This document shows positions 29,408-38,816 of a DNA stretch of 56,183 nucleotides, one piece after another. Location of the stretch: positions 1 to 56,183 of the IMG/VR virus record IMGVR_UViG_3300017913_003170; one strand, written 5' to 3'. Numbering within the stretch: position 1 is the first letter of the stretch; each line of letters starts with the position of its first letter. The notes below the pieces were generated by a model. That model was not told where the DNA came from, did not search any database, and saw nothing but the letters and a program-made list of their open reading frames with translations. A program made the translations under genes and the position numbers. This DNA is from a virus. Its lineage: Duplodnaviria > Caudoviricetes.

Positions 29408-32400
29408 TTATGCACTACCAAAACTTATCGAACTGACATAATCGCCATCCGCAAGCTCAATACTGAACAATAACTGATTACCTGTTGCATTGGACAAGTT
29501 TTCGCTACCCAATGTCAACTCAAATGTTTGATTGCTAATAACAGATCCAGTGGTAATAGTGTCTCCAGATGTTTTAGCACATCCGTTTGAACCGTTACCA
29601 CCATTGGCAGTGTCGCTGCCCGGTACACCACTACCGGCATATGGAACAGTTGCATCTAGCCAACCTCCCAATCCGCTAGCATCATCAATACCTGTACCCG
29701 GAGCTGCTATTTTGAATCCTGAAATTTTTCCTGTAATCGTTACAGAAAAGTTTGCCACCAGTGTTCTGCGGAACGCACCTCTAAAGTACTGTGTTCCACT
29801 TCTACCTGTTGCTAGATCTGGTCCTGCTGGCAAATATCCGCTGCTCAGATCTGTGTCAAAATGTTTTAGTTCTCCAAACCGTACAATAGCATTGTCTGTA
29901 CCTGCTACTGTTTGACTACCACTCCATGCATCGCCTGTATAGTAGTTGGTTGTTGAAGTGTAAGCAGGAGTAGCGCCGCTCAATGTGCTCATAACAACAC
30001 GCTTGGCATTGTCTGTAAATCCGCTGCCCAATCCACTTACTGTAATATCACCTTCGTCAAATCCACTGAGGCTTTGACTGTATAGTTGTATTTTTGTTGG
30101 CAATGTAACATAGCTGCCGCTGCCGTTTACATTGTTACCTCTCATGCGTATTTGACCAACTGCACGTGCACTACCATTGATGTTCACTATCAAATCGCCC
30201 ATACTGTACGCTGTACCATTTCCTGTATCTGCATTCGGAATACCACTGGTCAGAAATGTTGTTGTTCCGTCAATGTCGCTGTAACTTTTGTTTTGTGTGT
30301 TTACAAGACTGCCACTAGTGCCTTCGTCGTTGCTGGCATGCACAAAGGTCAACACTGTGCTGGTATCTCTGTAGGTTTGTCCAATAAAGTTGTCAATTGT
30401 AGCACCTGCAATTTGAATTGCACCGCCGCTGTTGTAATATTCAACTCCGCTGATGTATCTTTTTGTACCTGCACTGCTTTCAGTCATTGTAACACTGCTT
30501 ACGTCAATGGTAGGTGTAGCAGTTAAATCATCTTTGACAAACTCCAGTACGTTTGTATTACCATTTGTGCTGTGTTGCAATTGATAACTGTTTATACCAT
30601 CACTTACTGCACTGGCTGTCTTTGAAATTCTAGCTTTGAAAACTCTGTAAAAATTGTTTGGATACGTACTTCCACTTGAGTTCTGTCCGCTGCTGTTTAC
30701 AGCATTTGCGTCGATGTCTTCTGTTACTACCAAACTCAAATTGGTTCCTGCATTGTTGCTGCTGGTAAATGTAATTGCACCATCTGCACTGCCATTGACC
30801 ATTGCAGTGAGTGTACCGCTGGCAGCGTTGTATGCATATGTGCTCAATATGTCAGACTGTATTGTACCACTGGTGTCGGTTGTTCTGTTTACATCATCAC
30901 CCGAGCTTACAGTAGCACCGCCACTGACATGATCAGTAGCGCCATGTGCAAGTTTTGGACTGGTACCTGTGTCTTCGCTAGTAAACGTCAATGTTTTACT
31001 GTTCAATCCTTGTGGTGCACTTGGTGTTGGTAATATTTGCACACTGAAGTTTTCAGTATCATCAGATGCATTGGTACTGTATGTACTGTGGTAGGCTAAC
31101 AAGCTACCGTTGTATGTTCCAGTACCGTCACTGGTATAATCATGTGTTTGGCTGGCAGTAGTTGTTACTGCGTCAGTTTCGCCGTCGCCCCAAGTCCAGG
31201 TATAGTTGGTAGCATTTTCACTGGTGTTTGTGCCTGTAACTTCTGCATAGTTGTTGCCATCATATCCAACAAATGCATATCCTCTAGTGTCGCTTGCACC
31301 ACTGATACCTGTTGCTTCGTTGGTAAACACCACACTTACATTGGCACGTGGATCTGGATTCACTGTGATAGTGGTTGCACTGCTAACAAACGGACTGCTG
31401 CTGTTTCCTGTGTTACAGGTAAGTGTAACATCAAATGTTTCGCCTACTGCTCTGTCGCTAAGATCAAAAGTGTGTGTAATAGTTTGGCTTGTATCACCAC
31501 TGGCACCGCTGCCGATATTCACAGTGTTGCTTGTACCATCATCCCAGTCCCAAACATATGTTTGTTGGTTACCAAATGTGCTTCTGCTACCAGGACTGCC
31601 TGTTGTGTTGTTTGTAAATGTAACAACCAAACCATTGGTTGCTTCTTCGTTATTGCCACTGGTAACATCTGCACTAAAGCTAGGTGAAATAGTGTTTTCG
31701 TAAACTTTGAAAGTTTTGCTGGTGTTAGTTGGAATATCGTCACTTGCAGCACTACCGTGTGCAGTCACTTCAACATCGACTGTGAATGTAGTATCGCCGG
31801 TAACAGTTGAATATGTGTGGCTCAATCTTGCACCATCTCTACCACCAGCATCGCTGTCGCTGCTCACAGTATCAGTGTTGCCGTCGCCCCAATCAATAGT
31901 GTATTCTACTGTGTTGGATAGCCCTGCTGCTGCACCTGTGTTTGTTGTCAAGTTTTCCAAGTAAACTGTGCTGCCTTCGTCAACTCCGTCAGATGTAACA
32001 TCAGTGCCTCCAGTCGAAGCACTCCATAGTTTGAAATCAACCACAGGTGTGGCTGTAGCAACTGTAACCATGTTTGTGTAAATTCTCTGTGCAGTTGCAT
32101 TATTGCCTGTACCATCAGTGTTGGTAGCATCCACTGTGACTGTAAAGTTACCACCGCTGGCATAGTTGTGTGTAAATGTTGTGCTGCCTGTGTTGTCAGA
32201 CCCAGTTGTTACTGTATTATCCGCGGCTTGCACGCCGTCGCCATAATCAATTTCAATTATGTCTGGATTACCATACCAGTTTACTGTGAATGTAATATTT
32301 TGCAATGCAGGAGGTGTAGCATTGCTCACTGTTGCACTAACATCACGTACATATGTATTTCTATACACATTCAACATTGCTTCGTTGAGAATATCAACTG

Positions 32401-33583
32401 CATCGCCAACCATTGTGCTGGAAACCAGTCCAGTTGCAGCACCGTCACGTGTTCCAGTATAACTGTCAACGCCTGGTGTTTTGAAATATGCACCGTCAGT
32501 AGGAGTACCAATTTGAACACTACCACCACCACCGCTGATGGCACTGTCTACATATGCTTTTGTGGTTGCATCTGTAGTGGCTGTAGGTGATGCTAGATTT
32601 GTAATTCTATTGCTGCTTACATCAATGTTGCCAGTTGGATTGATTGTGAGATCACCTGCACTGGTTTTTATTTGACCAGTGTACACTTCTGCCATTTGAG
32701 CAGTGCTGCTACCTAGGTCATATGTGTCATCTGTGGTTGGTACAAGATCTGAACTGATGGTAGCATCAACAACAAGAGTATCTCCGTCTCCGCCTGCACC
32801 AAGTGTGATATCACCCTGTGCAATAATATCGCCAGTTGCTCTAATAGTACCAGTTACATCAAGTGTGTATGCTGGAGAATCTGTGCCAATGCCTACTTTG
32901 CCGTCGTTTTTGATAACAACACGTCTTTGACCAGCTGTAAAGAAATCCAATTCGTCATTGTCGTTACCGGCACTGTCTTCTGCACTGATATAGGTATCTT
33001 GATCAACATCCTTGACACCACCCAAGCTGCCCCAAGCTGTGCCGTCATAACCTTCAAATGTAGTATCGTCGCTGTTGTAGCGAATCATGCCCTGTTCAGG
33101 TGTACTTGGGCGTTCAGCTACTGTGCCAACTGGTAGTACCAGTGCACCTGTCATGTCTATTTCAATTACATCACTGCTGTGATCCAATGTGCCAACACTC
33201 AACGTGCCAGCGATTGTAGTATCACCAGTGGTTTGATTGATTGTAAATTCTGTAAGATTTGTACCAAACGAAAGATTACCGCTAGCGTCAATGTTCAGTC
33301 TAACTTCGCTAGTGGTTGTACCTGTATACAGATTTATCTGATTGGAAACATATTCATCTTTGCTGAGGTTACCATCTTCGATAGTACTGAATGTAACCCA
33401 TTGTGTTCCGTCATAGGCTTCATACTGGTTAGTTGTTTCATTGAATCTAATTTGACCTTCTGCTGCGGTAGGTCTTTGTGCTGTTGTACCAACTGGAAGT
33501 ACAATACTTCCAGTGTCGTCAAACTTCAACGTCCCAGTGGACGTGTGTATCCTATGTTGTCTGTGATCAAAATTTATGGACAT
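29408..33583 (-). CDS. Fibre/adhesin-like structural protein with multiple PKD-like domains (1391 aa)
   Basis: LPVGTTAQRP...GQIRFN hinge motifs; IDYGDG, IDWGDG, WDWDDG, WTWGDG PKD-like motifs. Confidence 0.75.
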   Translation of the reverse strand: MSINFDHRQHRIHTSTGTLKFDDTGSIVLPVGTTAQRPTAAEGQIRFNETTNQYEAYDGTQWVTFSTIEDGNLSKDEYVSNQINLYTGTTTSEVRLNIDASGNLSFGTNLTEFTINQTTGDTTIAGTLSVGTLDHSSDVIEIDMTGALVLPVGTVAERPSTPEQGMIRYNSDDTTFEGYDGTAWGSLGGVKDVDQDTYISAEDSAGNDNDELDFFTAGQRRVVIKNDGKVGIGTDSPAYTLDVTGTIRATGDIIAQGDITLGAGGDGDTLVVDATISSDLVPTTDDTYDLGSSTAQMAEVYTGQIKTSAGDLTINPTGNIDVSSNRITNLASPTATTDATTKAYVDSAISGGGGSVQIGTPTDGAYFKTPGVDSYTGTRDGAATGLVSSTMVGDAVDILNEAMLNVYRNTYVRDVSATVSNATPPALQNITFTVNWYGNPDIIEIDYGDGVQAADNTVTTGSDNTGSTTFTHNYASGGNFTVTVDATNTDGTGNNATAQRIYTNMVTVATATPVVDFKLWSASTGGTDVTSDGVDEGSTVYLENLTTNTGAAAGLSNTVEYTIDWGDGNTDTVSSDSDAGGRDGARLSHTYSTVTGDTTFTVDVEVTAHGSAASDDIPTNTSKTFKVYENTISPSFSADVTSGNNEEATNGLVVTFTNNTTGSPGSRSTFGNQQTYVWDWDDGTSNTVNIGSGASGDTSQTITHTFDLSDRAVGETFDVTLTCNTGNSSSPFVSSATTITVNPDPRANVSVVFTNEATGISGASDTRGYAFVGYDGNNYAEVTGTNTSENATNYTWTWGDGETDAVTTTASQTHDYTSDGTGTYNGSLLAYHSTYSTNASDDTENFSVQILPTPSAPQGLNSKTLTFTSEDTGTSPKLAHGATDHVSGGATVSSGDDVNRTTDTSGTIQSDILSTYAYNAASGTLTAMVNGSADGAITFTSSNNAGTNLSLVVTEDIDANAVNSSGQNSSGSTYPNNFYRVFKARISKTASAVSDGINSYQLQHSTNGNTNVLEFVKDDLTATPTIDVSSVTMTESSAGTKRYISGVEYYNSGGAIQIAGATIDNFIGQTYRDTSTVLTFVHASNDEGTSGSLVNTQNKSYSDIDGTTTFLTSGIPNADTGNGTAYSMGDLIVNINGSARAVGQIRMRGNNVNGSGSYVTLPTKIQLYSQSLSGFDEGDITVSGLGSGFTDNAKRVVMSTLSGATPAYTSTTNYYTGDAWSGSQTVAGTDNAIVRFGELKHFDTDLSSGYLPAGPDLATGRSGTQYFRGAFRRTLVANFSVTITGKISGFKIAAPGTGIDDASGLGGWLDATVPYAGSGVPGSDTANGGNGSNGCAKTSGDTITTGSVISNQTFELTLGSENLSNATGNQLLFSIELADGDYVSSISFGSA

Positions 33584-33610
33584 ATACTTACACCTTTATA
33601 GTGTATGTAT

Positions 33611-34576
33611 TTATGCGTCGATAGTGTGTCTAATCAGCTTGATAGTAGCAGCATCAGCACTGTTCATTGTTACAAGGAATCTACAGTCAGTTCCGCTAAC
33701 ATCTGCGGTAAATGCTCCTAGGTTTCCGTTGCTTACAATTGTACCATAACCTGTGATAAACGCATCAGTACCATCACTTACAACCAAAAACTTTTGACTG
33801 TGAATACTACCACCCTGTGTAATCTGCACTGTGTATTCTGCTGTGCTGTATGTGGCATGTGCAAATGTGTCAATTGCAGTCTGTGTTGTTGTGCTGATGC
33901 TTTGTGTGCTGGTTGTTAGGCTTGCATTGCTGGTGTTCACAGTAGGAACAGTTACACTGGTTGTAATAGTAACATCATCTTCAAGACCGTATGTTACAGT
34001 ATCCGGACTGCTGACAGTTGCAGTGGTTTGGTTTGCAGCGCCTCTAAAATTGATTGTGTCTGCACCGCTGATTGTTTCAGTTAGTACACCATCGCCAATA
34101 AAAATACTTGCAACACCGCTGGATCCAATTGAATCAGCATATGCTTTGGTTACTGCGTCATTTTGGTGAGTTGGTGCAGCAACTCGCAATGGTCTGTAGG
34201 TCATTGCAATGTCGCCAGTGCTTGAACCAGTTGCTGTGGTTGTACCTACGGCAAATGCATCTTCACTTTCGTCCCAAACAAAACATGCATTGTCGCCTGT
34301 TGTGCCACGTTCAAAAATAAAGCCAACATCGTTGGTATTGGCAGCAGCAAGTCCGCTGTTCAATTCAAACAGTGTATCTGAAATTTGGCTGTTCTGTGTG
34401 TTTAGGCTGGTTTGCGTACCTGCAACTGTTAGGTCGCCTGTGATGTATACGCTTTCTTTGATAAGGTTACCGCCGTCTAAAACAACAGAACCTTCAGTGC
34501 TGCTTGCGCTGGTTGTATCCTGAAAGAAGCTACTGGTGTTGCCGCTTCCTGATGCAGTATTTCTAAAACTTGGCAT
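33611..34576 (-). CDS. Putative virion structural/fibre or decoration protein
   Basis: GFIFERG...FVWDES.D fibre motif, PT..NDAVTKAYAD motif, C-terminal domain shared with 15154..15912; AGGAG RBS and TAAATA at 34595-34600. Confidence 0.65.
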   Translation of the reverse strand: MPSFRNTASGSGNTSSFFQDTTSASSTEGSVVLDGGNLIKESVYITGDLTVAGTQTSLNTQNSQISDTLFELNSGLAAANTNDVGFIFERGTTGDNACFVWDESEDAFAVGTTTATGSSTGDIAMTYRPLRVAAPTHQNDAVTKAYADSIGSSGVASIFIGDGVLTETISGADTINFRGAANQTTATVSSPDTVTYGLEDDVTITTSVTVPTVNTSNASLTTSTQSISTTTQTAIDTFAHATYSTAEYTVQITQGGSIHSQKFLVVSDGTDAFITGYGTIVSNGNLGAFTADVSGTDCRFLVTMNSADAATIKLIRHTIDA

Positions 34577-34603
34577 GTGTAATCTCCTACCAAGTATTTA
34601 TTC

Positions 34604-34631
34604 AAAAAGAAAGACGCACAAGGCGCCTTTC
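34604..34631 (-). terminator. Intrinsic terminator of the candidate ncRNA
   Basis: GAAAGGCGC-CTTGT-GCGTCTTTC followed by TTTTT. Confidence 0.8.
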
Positions 34632-34859
34632 AAAACTTCTTTAGGAGTAATAGTGATAGGTGGGACTAAGGATTACCCACAACTGCCGCAACAAATCCTG
34701 TCATAATTTGGCAGAGCCTTGATATCTGGAAGTTACTCCTGAAATGTATCTCTTTGTCTCCAAAGTCATACACTGCCACCACAGCTACCAATCCAAGTTA
34801 ATGCCTTTGTAAAGCATCGTTTCCTTGCACTATCTAACTTAGACCGTCGTCTTTGTTAT
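34604..34859 (-). ncRNA. Candidate ~255 nt structured ncRNA with several pseudoknots
   Basis: Own promoter and terminator, no credible ORF, at least eight hand-checked helices with G-U pairs on the minus strand, one GNRA-capped hairpin. Confidence 0.7.
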
Positions 34860-34865
34860 GTTTAT

Positions 34866-34894
34866 AATATAGTGTTTCTGTATCCAAAAGTCAA
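34866..34894 (-). promoter_or_regulatory. sigma70-type promoter TTGACT-N17-TATATT driving the candidate ncRNA
   Basis: 5/6 at -35, 17 bp spacer, 5/6 at -10, AT-rich upstream tract. Confidence 0.75.
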
Positions 34895-34924
34895 CCAAAA
34901 AATGCAACTTTTTTATCTTTTTTC

Positions 34925-34955
34925 AAAAAAAAAATGGGCCACCGAAGTGACCCAT
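34925..34955 (-). terminator. Intrinsic terminator after major capsid gene (cUUCGg loop)
   Basis: ATGGGTCAC-TTCG-GTGGCCCAT followed by a T run of about 9. Confidence 0.92.
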
Positions 34956-34980
34956 CTTTGAAAGTTGTATAAGCCTAAAC

Positions 34981-36138
34981 TTATGTGAAGCTTAGGTTGC
35001 CGCTGTTGATTGTGATACCTTCAACGTAGTCAGCTGCGTTACCTAGTGAGCTTGCTTGGTTTGTTAGTTCAACATAACCGTAGCGTGTCATAAAGCTAAC
35101 AACTGGCTCGAATGAACTTGGGTCCATTACAACGCCTGAGCTCATTAGTGGGATGTATGGGCAGTAGTATGCTGGTGCATCCATTTCGCCTGAGCCTTTG
35201 TAACCTACAAGTGCTACTGTTGAGTCACTTGCGTACTGGTCTACATATACACGCATTGTGCCGTTTAGTGTACCAACGAATTTTGTGTTTGTTGGTGCTT
35301 CAAATGGGCCTTCTGTTGTACGTGCAAATGCTGATGTTGTTGCTGACTGTAGTACTGTTAGCATTGCTGGTGATACTACTAGGTAGTTACCTGCGCCGCG
35401 ACGTGTACGAGCTGCAATTAGGTTTGCTGCACGGTTGACTAGAACTGCAAATGCTGCATGTTCGTCACCAACGAATGTAGCTGTACCTGATACACCTGCT
35501 TGGTTGTATGTTAGTGTTGGAGTACCGGCTAGTGTACGTAGAGAGTTGATGATCTCTTGGTCGATTTCAGCAGTAATCTCTTGTGCTAGTGCAGCCATGA
35601 TTTCTGCTTCAACGTCTAGGCCGTGCATTGAGTTAGCGTCTTGCGCTGCTTCGAATGTCCAACGTGCTGATAGTTTGCGTGTTTTAGCTTCCACGGTCTG
35701 CTTTAGAACTTGGATGCTTAGTTTTGCGCCTGCTTCTGCTTCTAGCGAACTTGTTGACGCTGGAGCGTTTGCAGAACTATCGCCTGAATAGTTACGAGCG
35801 ATTAGGAACGGTGATAGTGCCTCGTCGCCGCTTGTTGCTGTGTCTTTTGTTTCAGCATAACGAACACGTAGTGTGTGAATCTGGCCTACTGGACCAGTCA
35901 TTGGCTGAACACCAACTAGCTCGTTAGCGATAACTGTTGGCATAACACGGCGAATGACAGGAAGAATAACTTTGTTTAGAGTTGCAATGTTACCAGCCAT
36001 TGTTGTGCCGGCGTCTGCAGTCTCTGTCAAGTATGATTTTGTGTTTTCTAGAACACTTTCCATAACTTGTTTTTTGTTACCCTCTAGGCCATCAACCAGT
36101 GCTTCTCTTGTTTGATTCCAATTTTCAAAAAGGTTCAT
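34981..36138 (-). CDS. gp23: Major capsid protein
   Basis: LPVIRRVMPTVIANELVGVQPMTGPVGQI, VEAKTRKLSARWTFEAAQD, YYCPYIPL, SFEPVVSFMTRYG. Confidence 0.97.
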   Translation of the reverse strand: MNLFENWNQTREALVDGLEGNKKQVMESVLENTKSYLTETADAGTTMAGNIATLNKVILPVIRRVMPTVIANELVGVQPMTGPVGQIHTLRVRYAETKDTATSGDEALSPFLIARNYSGDSSANAPASTSSLEAEAGAKLSIQVLKQTVEAKTRKLSARWTFEAAQDANSMHGLDVEAEIMAALAQEITAEIDQEIINSLRTLAGTPTLTYNQAGVSGTATFVGDEHAAFAVLVNRAANLIAARTRRGAGNYLVVSPAMLTVLQSATTSAFARTTEGPFEAPTNTKFVGTLNGTMRVYVDQYASDSTVALVGYKGSGEMDAPAYYCPYIPLMSSGVVMDPSSFEPVVSFMTRYGYVELTNQASSLGNAADYVEGITINSGNLSFT

Positions 36139-36156
36139 TGGATTATCTCCTAAAAA

Positions 36157-37263
36157 TTATGTGCGGATACCCGCCAGTTTGCGAAGGTTGATAATTTCAG
36201 CCTGTGTTTCGCCTGATTCAGACGTTACAGCGGCTTTGTTACCTGTGAACTCAGTCTTCTGAGATTCATTTAGTGTGGTTTTTGATGCTTTTGGTGCAGC
36301 GTCTTCTCTTAGTACACTTGGTAGGTACTTTTTGAACTGTGCTGCTAGACGATCTGTTTGAACTGATTCAAGTAGGTCGCCCATGATTTCACGCTTGTCT
36401 TTAGCAAGCGGTGACATCAATTCACCGAGGATCTTCTCACGTTGTGAACGGCTTTCCATTACTTTTACAGCTTGTTTAGATTCTGCAATCATAACATCTT
36501 TGTCGTTCAGTTGCTGCTCTGCTTCTTTTAGCAGATCAGTCATTTCCTCAATTTTCTTGGAAAGTTTTTTCACTTCTGTGCCTTCAGCTAGATAGCTTGA
36601 CATAAATTCACCTGCAAATGTTTCGAAAATCTTACGTCCGAATTCATTTTCACGTGCTGTTTTGATATCTTCTTTCAACGTAGCTAGTTCAGATACAAAA
36701 CCTTGTGATACAACGTTGTGTACTTTGTCTGATGCTTGCTTGATGAATGTAGCTTTGGCTTCTTCAATTACTTTCTTTCCTTCTTTGATCATTTTGACTT
36801 TTTGTTCAACTAGTGAACGCTTGTCTTCATGAAATTCATTTAACTCCTTAGTGAGTTGCTCGATCGCAAAGCCTTCAAGTTTAGCCATTTTATTGGCTTG
36901 AGCTGTACGATCTTCTCTCAGTTCGGAAATTTCCTTCTTGAGAGTTTCCATAATGAATTTGTTTAGAACCTGTGCATGTTCAGCGATTGCTTTTTTATAA
37001 GCAACACGTTCTTCTGCAACTGCCTTTTTGTCTTCATTGAACTCAGTAAGTTCTTTGACAATGACATCACGTAGCATTTTGTCTGCTGCCTCAACAATTT
37101 GTGATTTGTCGTGGTCATAACGTGAAGCAAATTCTTCACGTAGTTCTGATGTGATCTCTCTACGTGCTTCTTCTACTTTTGCTTCAAATGCTTCGCTTAG
37201 GCTTGTTCTTACTTCTTCGGAAAGCACCTCGGAGCCTAGAAGTTCTTCAAATGCATGAGCCAT
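36157..37263 (-). CDS. gp22: Prohead core scaffold protein
   Basis: Coiled-coil E/K-rich protein between protease and capsid; GRKIFETFA.EF motif. Confidence 0.85.
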   Translation of the reverse strand: MAHAFEELLGSEVLSEEVRTSLSEAFEAKVEEARREITSELREEFASRYDHDKSQIVEAADKMLRDVIVKELTEFNEDKKAVAEERVAYKKAIAEHAQVLNKFIMETLKKEISELREDRTAQANKMAKLEGFAIEQLTKELNEFHEDKRSLVEQKVKMIKEGKKVIEEAKATFIKQASDKVHNVVSQGFVSELATLKEDIKTARENEFGRKIFETFAGEFMSSYLAEGTEVKKLSKKIEEMTDLLKEAEQQLNDKDVMIAESKQAVKVMESRSQREKILGELMSPLAKDKREIMGDLLESVQTDRLAAQFKKYLPSVLREDAAPKASKTTLNESQKTEFTGNKAAVTSESGETQAEIINLRKLAGIRT

Positions 37264-37268
37264 TATTA

Positions 37269-37898
37269 TTATCTCCTATACCCAAGGTCATTAATGAACC
37301 TGAGCATCTCTTCCTTGAGATACTTCTGGGCTTTTTTATCATGTGATGTAGCACGGGCAACATCCATCAGCACTGTTCCTTTACGACCATGGTTCATTAG
37401 CTGTTCGTAAATTGGATCTGGATATGCATCTGGAGCACTTGGGTTAGCAACGATATCGACTGTGATGATTTCAAAGTCGCTAACGTGGCCACTTTCCGTA
37501 ACGTTGCCGCTACCTCTACTTGATACGCCTAGTTTTACTCCACTCTCGATTAGGGTCTTACAAATATTTCCCATTGGAGTAGGTAATAGTTTTAGCTTGC
37601 CGATCCCATCTGCTCCGTTCATAGTCATATCGGTGATAACATGACTAACACGGTCTAGATTGATTTGCAAATCATCTGGATGATCGGCTTCGCCTAATAC
37701 GCTATATCCGCCTTGAATCTTTTCTTGCATTGTTTGTACTGCTCGAGTGATTTCTTTTAGCGGATATACTCGTCCGTTTTGATTCTGCTTTTCACCTTGA
37801 ATAAAAATGCCTTTCATATACAGGTCTTTACCATCGCTGCTGCTTTCTGCAACGAAGTTGGCCTGTGCTGGTGACATTGTTTCAATAAGTGTACGCAT
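37269..37898 (-). CDS. gp21: Prohead protease
   Basis: GIFIQG..NQNGRVYP, GEADHP, RVSH, LGVSSRGSG, DIVANPSAPDAY. Likely ATG at 37898. Confidence 0.95.
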   Translation of the reverse strand: MRTLIETMSPAQANFVAESSSDGKDLYMKGIFIQGEKQNQNGRVYPLKEITRAVQTMQEKIQGGYSVLGEADHPDDLQINLDRVSHVITDMTMNGADGIGKLKLLPTPMGNICKTLIESGVKLGVSSRGSGNVTESGHVSDFEIITVDIVANPSAPDAYPDPIYEQLMNHGRKGTVLMDVARATSHDKKAQKYLKEEMLRFINDLGYRR

Positions 37899-37904
37899 CG
37901 TCAA

Positions 37905-38687
37905 TTACTTCTTTTGTCTTGTTTCGTTCATTTTTGGTTTTGGTGCTGCGTTCATTTTCGCATCTTGTGTAGTTCCACCACCAAAGTCACCTGAACTAGG
38001 TGCTGATCCACCTTTTTCTTCTGATGTGTCTGTTGGGTGTGGTTTACTATCGTGCTCGTTACCAGCGTCTTTTACTGGTGACTTTGCACTTGCATCCGTA
38101 CCATCTGGCATTGCAGTGTTGACTTTTTCTGTGTATTCACGCAGATCGTCACTGTCATCGCTTTCTTCTAGCTCTTCGTCACTTGCTTCATCAAGTTCTT
38201 CTTCAGCTTCTTCGAACGCAACTTCTTCTTCCATATCTGGCATTTCTGGCATTTCTGGTGCATCATCAGCTGGTGCTTCGTCGCCCATAATACCTGCAAA
38301 TACGTCTTTTAGTTCTGCTAGTGCGTCTTCGACGTTCATGATTGCATCTTCTGCTGCATCCATGTCACCGGCGTCCATATCGTCGTCGCCTTCGTCTTCT
38401 TCTTCGTCGTCTTCACCAAAATATTCTTCAGATTCGATCTCTTCTGAATCTGACTCAATATCGTCAAGGAATGCAGCTTCGTCGTCTTCACTACCGAAGT
38501 CTTCATCTAGGTCTTCCTCTTCCGCTTCATCTACGATTTCATCTTCTTCGATTTCGTCTGATTCAACAAGATCTGACCATACTTGACGGGCTAGTCCAAC
38601 ATAATAATCATGCAGAAGTTCTTCTGCTGCCTCGTTTTCCTCGTTGATGAGGTGCTCGAGTGCCTGTTCTAGTTTATCTTGACTCAT
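37905..38687 (-). CDS. Highly acidic putative prohead core/internal protein
   Basis: Long D/E runs; occupies the gp67/gp68 position between portal and protease. Confidence 0.6.
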   Translation of the reverse strand: MSQDKLEQALEHLINEENEAAEELLHDYYVGLARQVWSDLVESDEIEEDEIVDEAEEEDLDEDFGSEDDEAAFLDDIESDSEEIESEEYFGEDDEEEDEGDDDMDAGDMDAAEDAIMNVEDALAELKDVFAGIMGDEAPADDAPEMPEMPDMEEEVAFEEAEEELDEASDEELEESDDSDDLREYTEKVNTAMPDGTDASAKSPVKDAGNEHDSKPHPTDTSEEKGGSAPSSGDFGGGTTQDAKMNAAPKPKMNETRQKK

Positions 38688-38732
38688 TATCAATTCTCCC
38701 GTTAGTAGAGTGTGTTTTTATACGTGTTTATT

Positions 38733-38757
38733 TAAGACTTCTTGGTAAGATGTCTTA
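38733..38757. promoter_or_regulatory. Tandem palindromic sites TAAGActTCTTG and TAAGAtgTCTTA overlapping late promoter TAAATA (38729-38734, minus)
   Basis: Seen directly; a third copy TAAGAagTCTTA lies at 39048-39059. Confidence 0.5.
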
Positions 38758-38816
38758 TCAAACATAGGCCAGAACTGCGGTTCTGACTAAATTCAATGAT
38801 TTGCCTGGGGTTTTGC

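Noticed and set aside
10712-34523. Many long + strand ORFs (up to 476 aa) antisense to the fibre genes
   Set aside because: Shadow frames of repetitive T/G/D/N-rich coding on the minus strand; V/L/P/S-rich low-information translations without RBS or promoters.
34650-34835. Group I intron, tRNA or tmRNA interpretation of the capsid-adjacent RNA
   Set aside because: It interrupts no gene, no R/S (P7) elements follow Q, and there is no cloverleaf, TTCGA T-loop or tag reading frame. Kept as an unclassified ncRNA.
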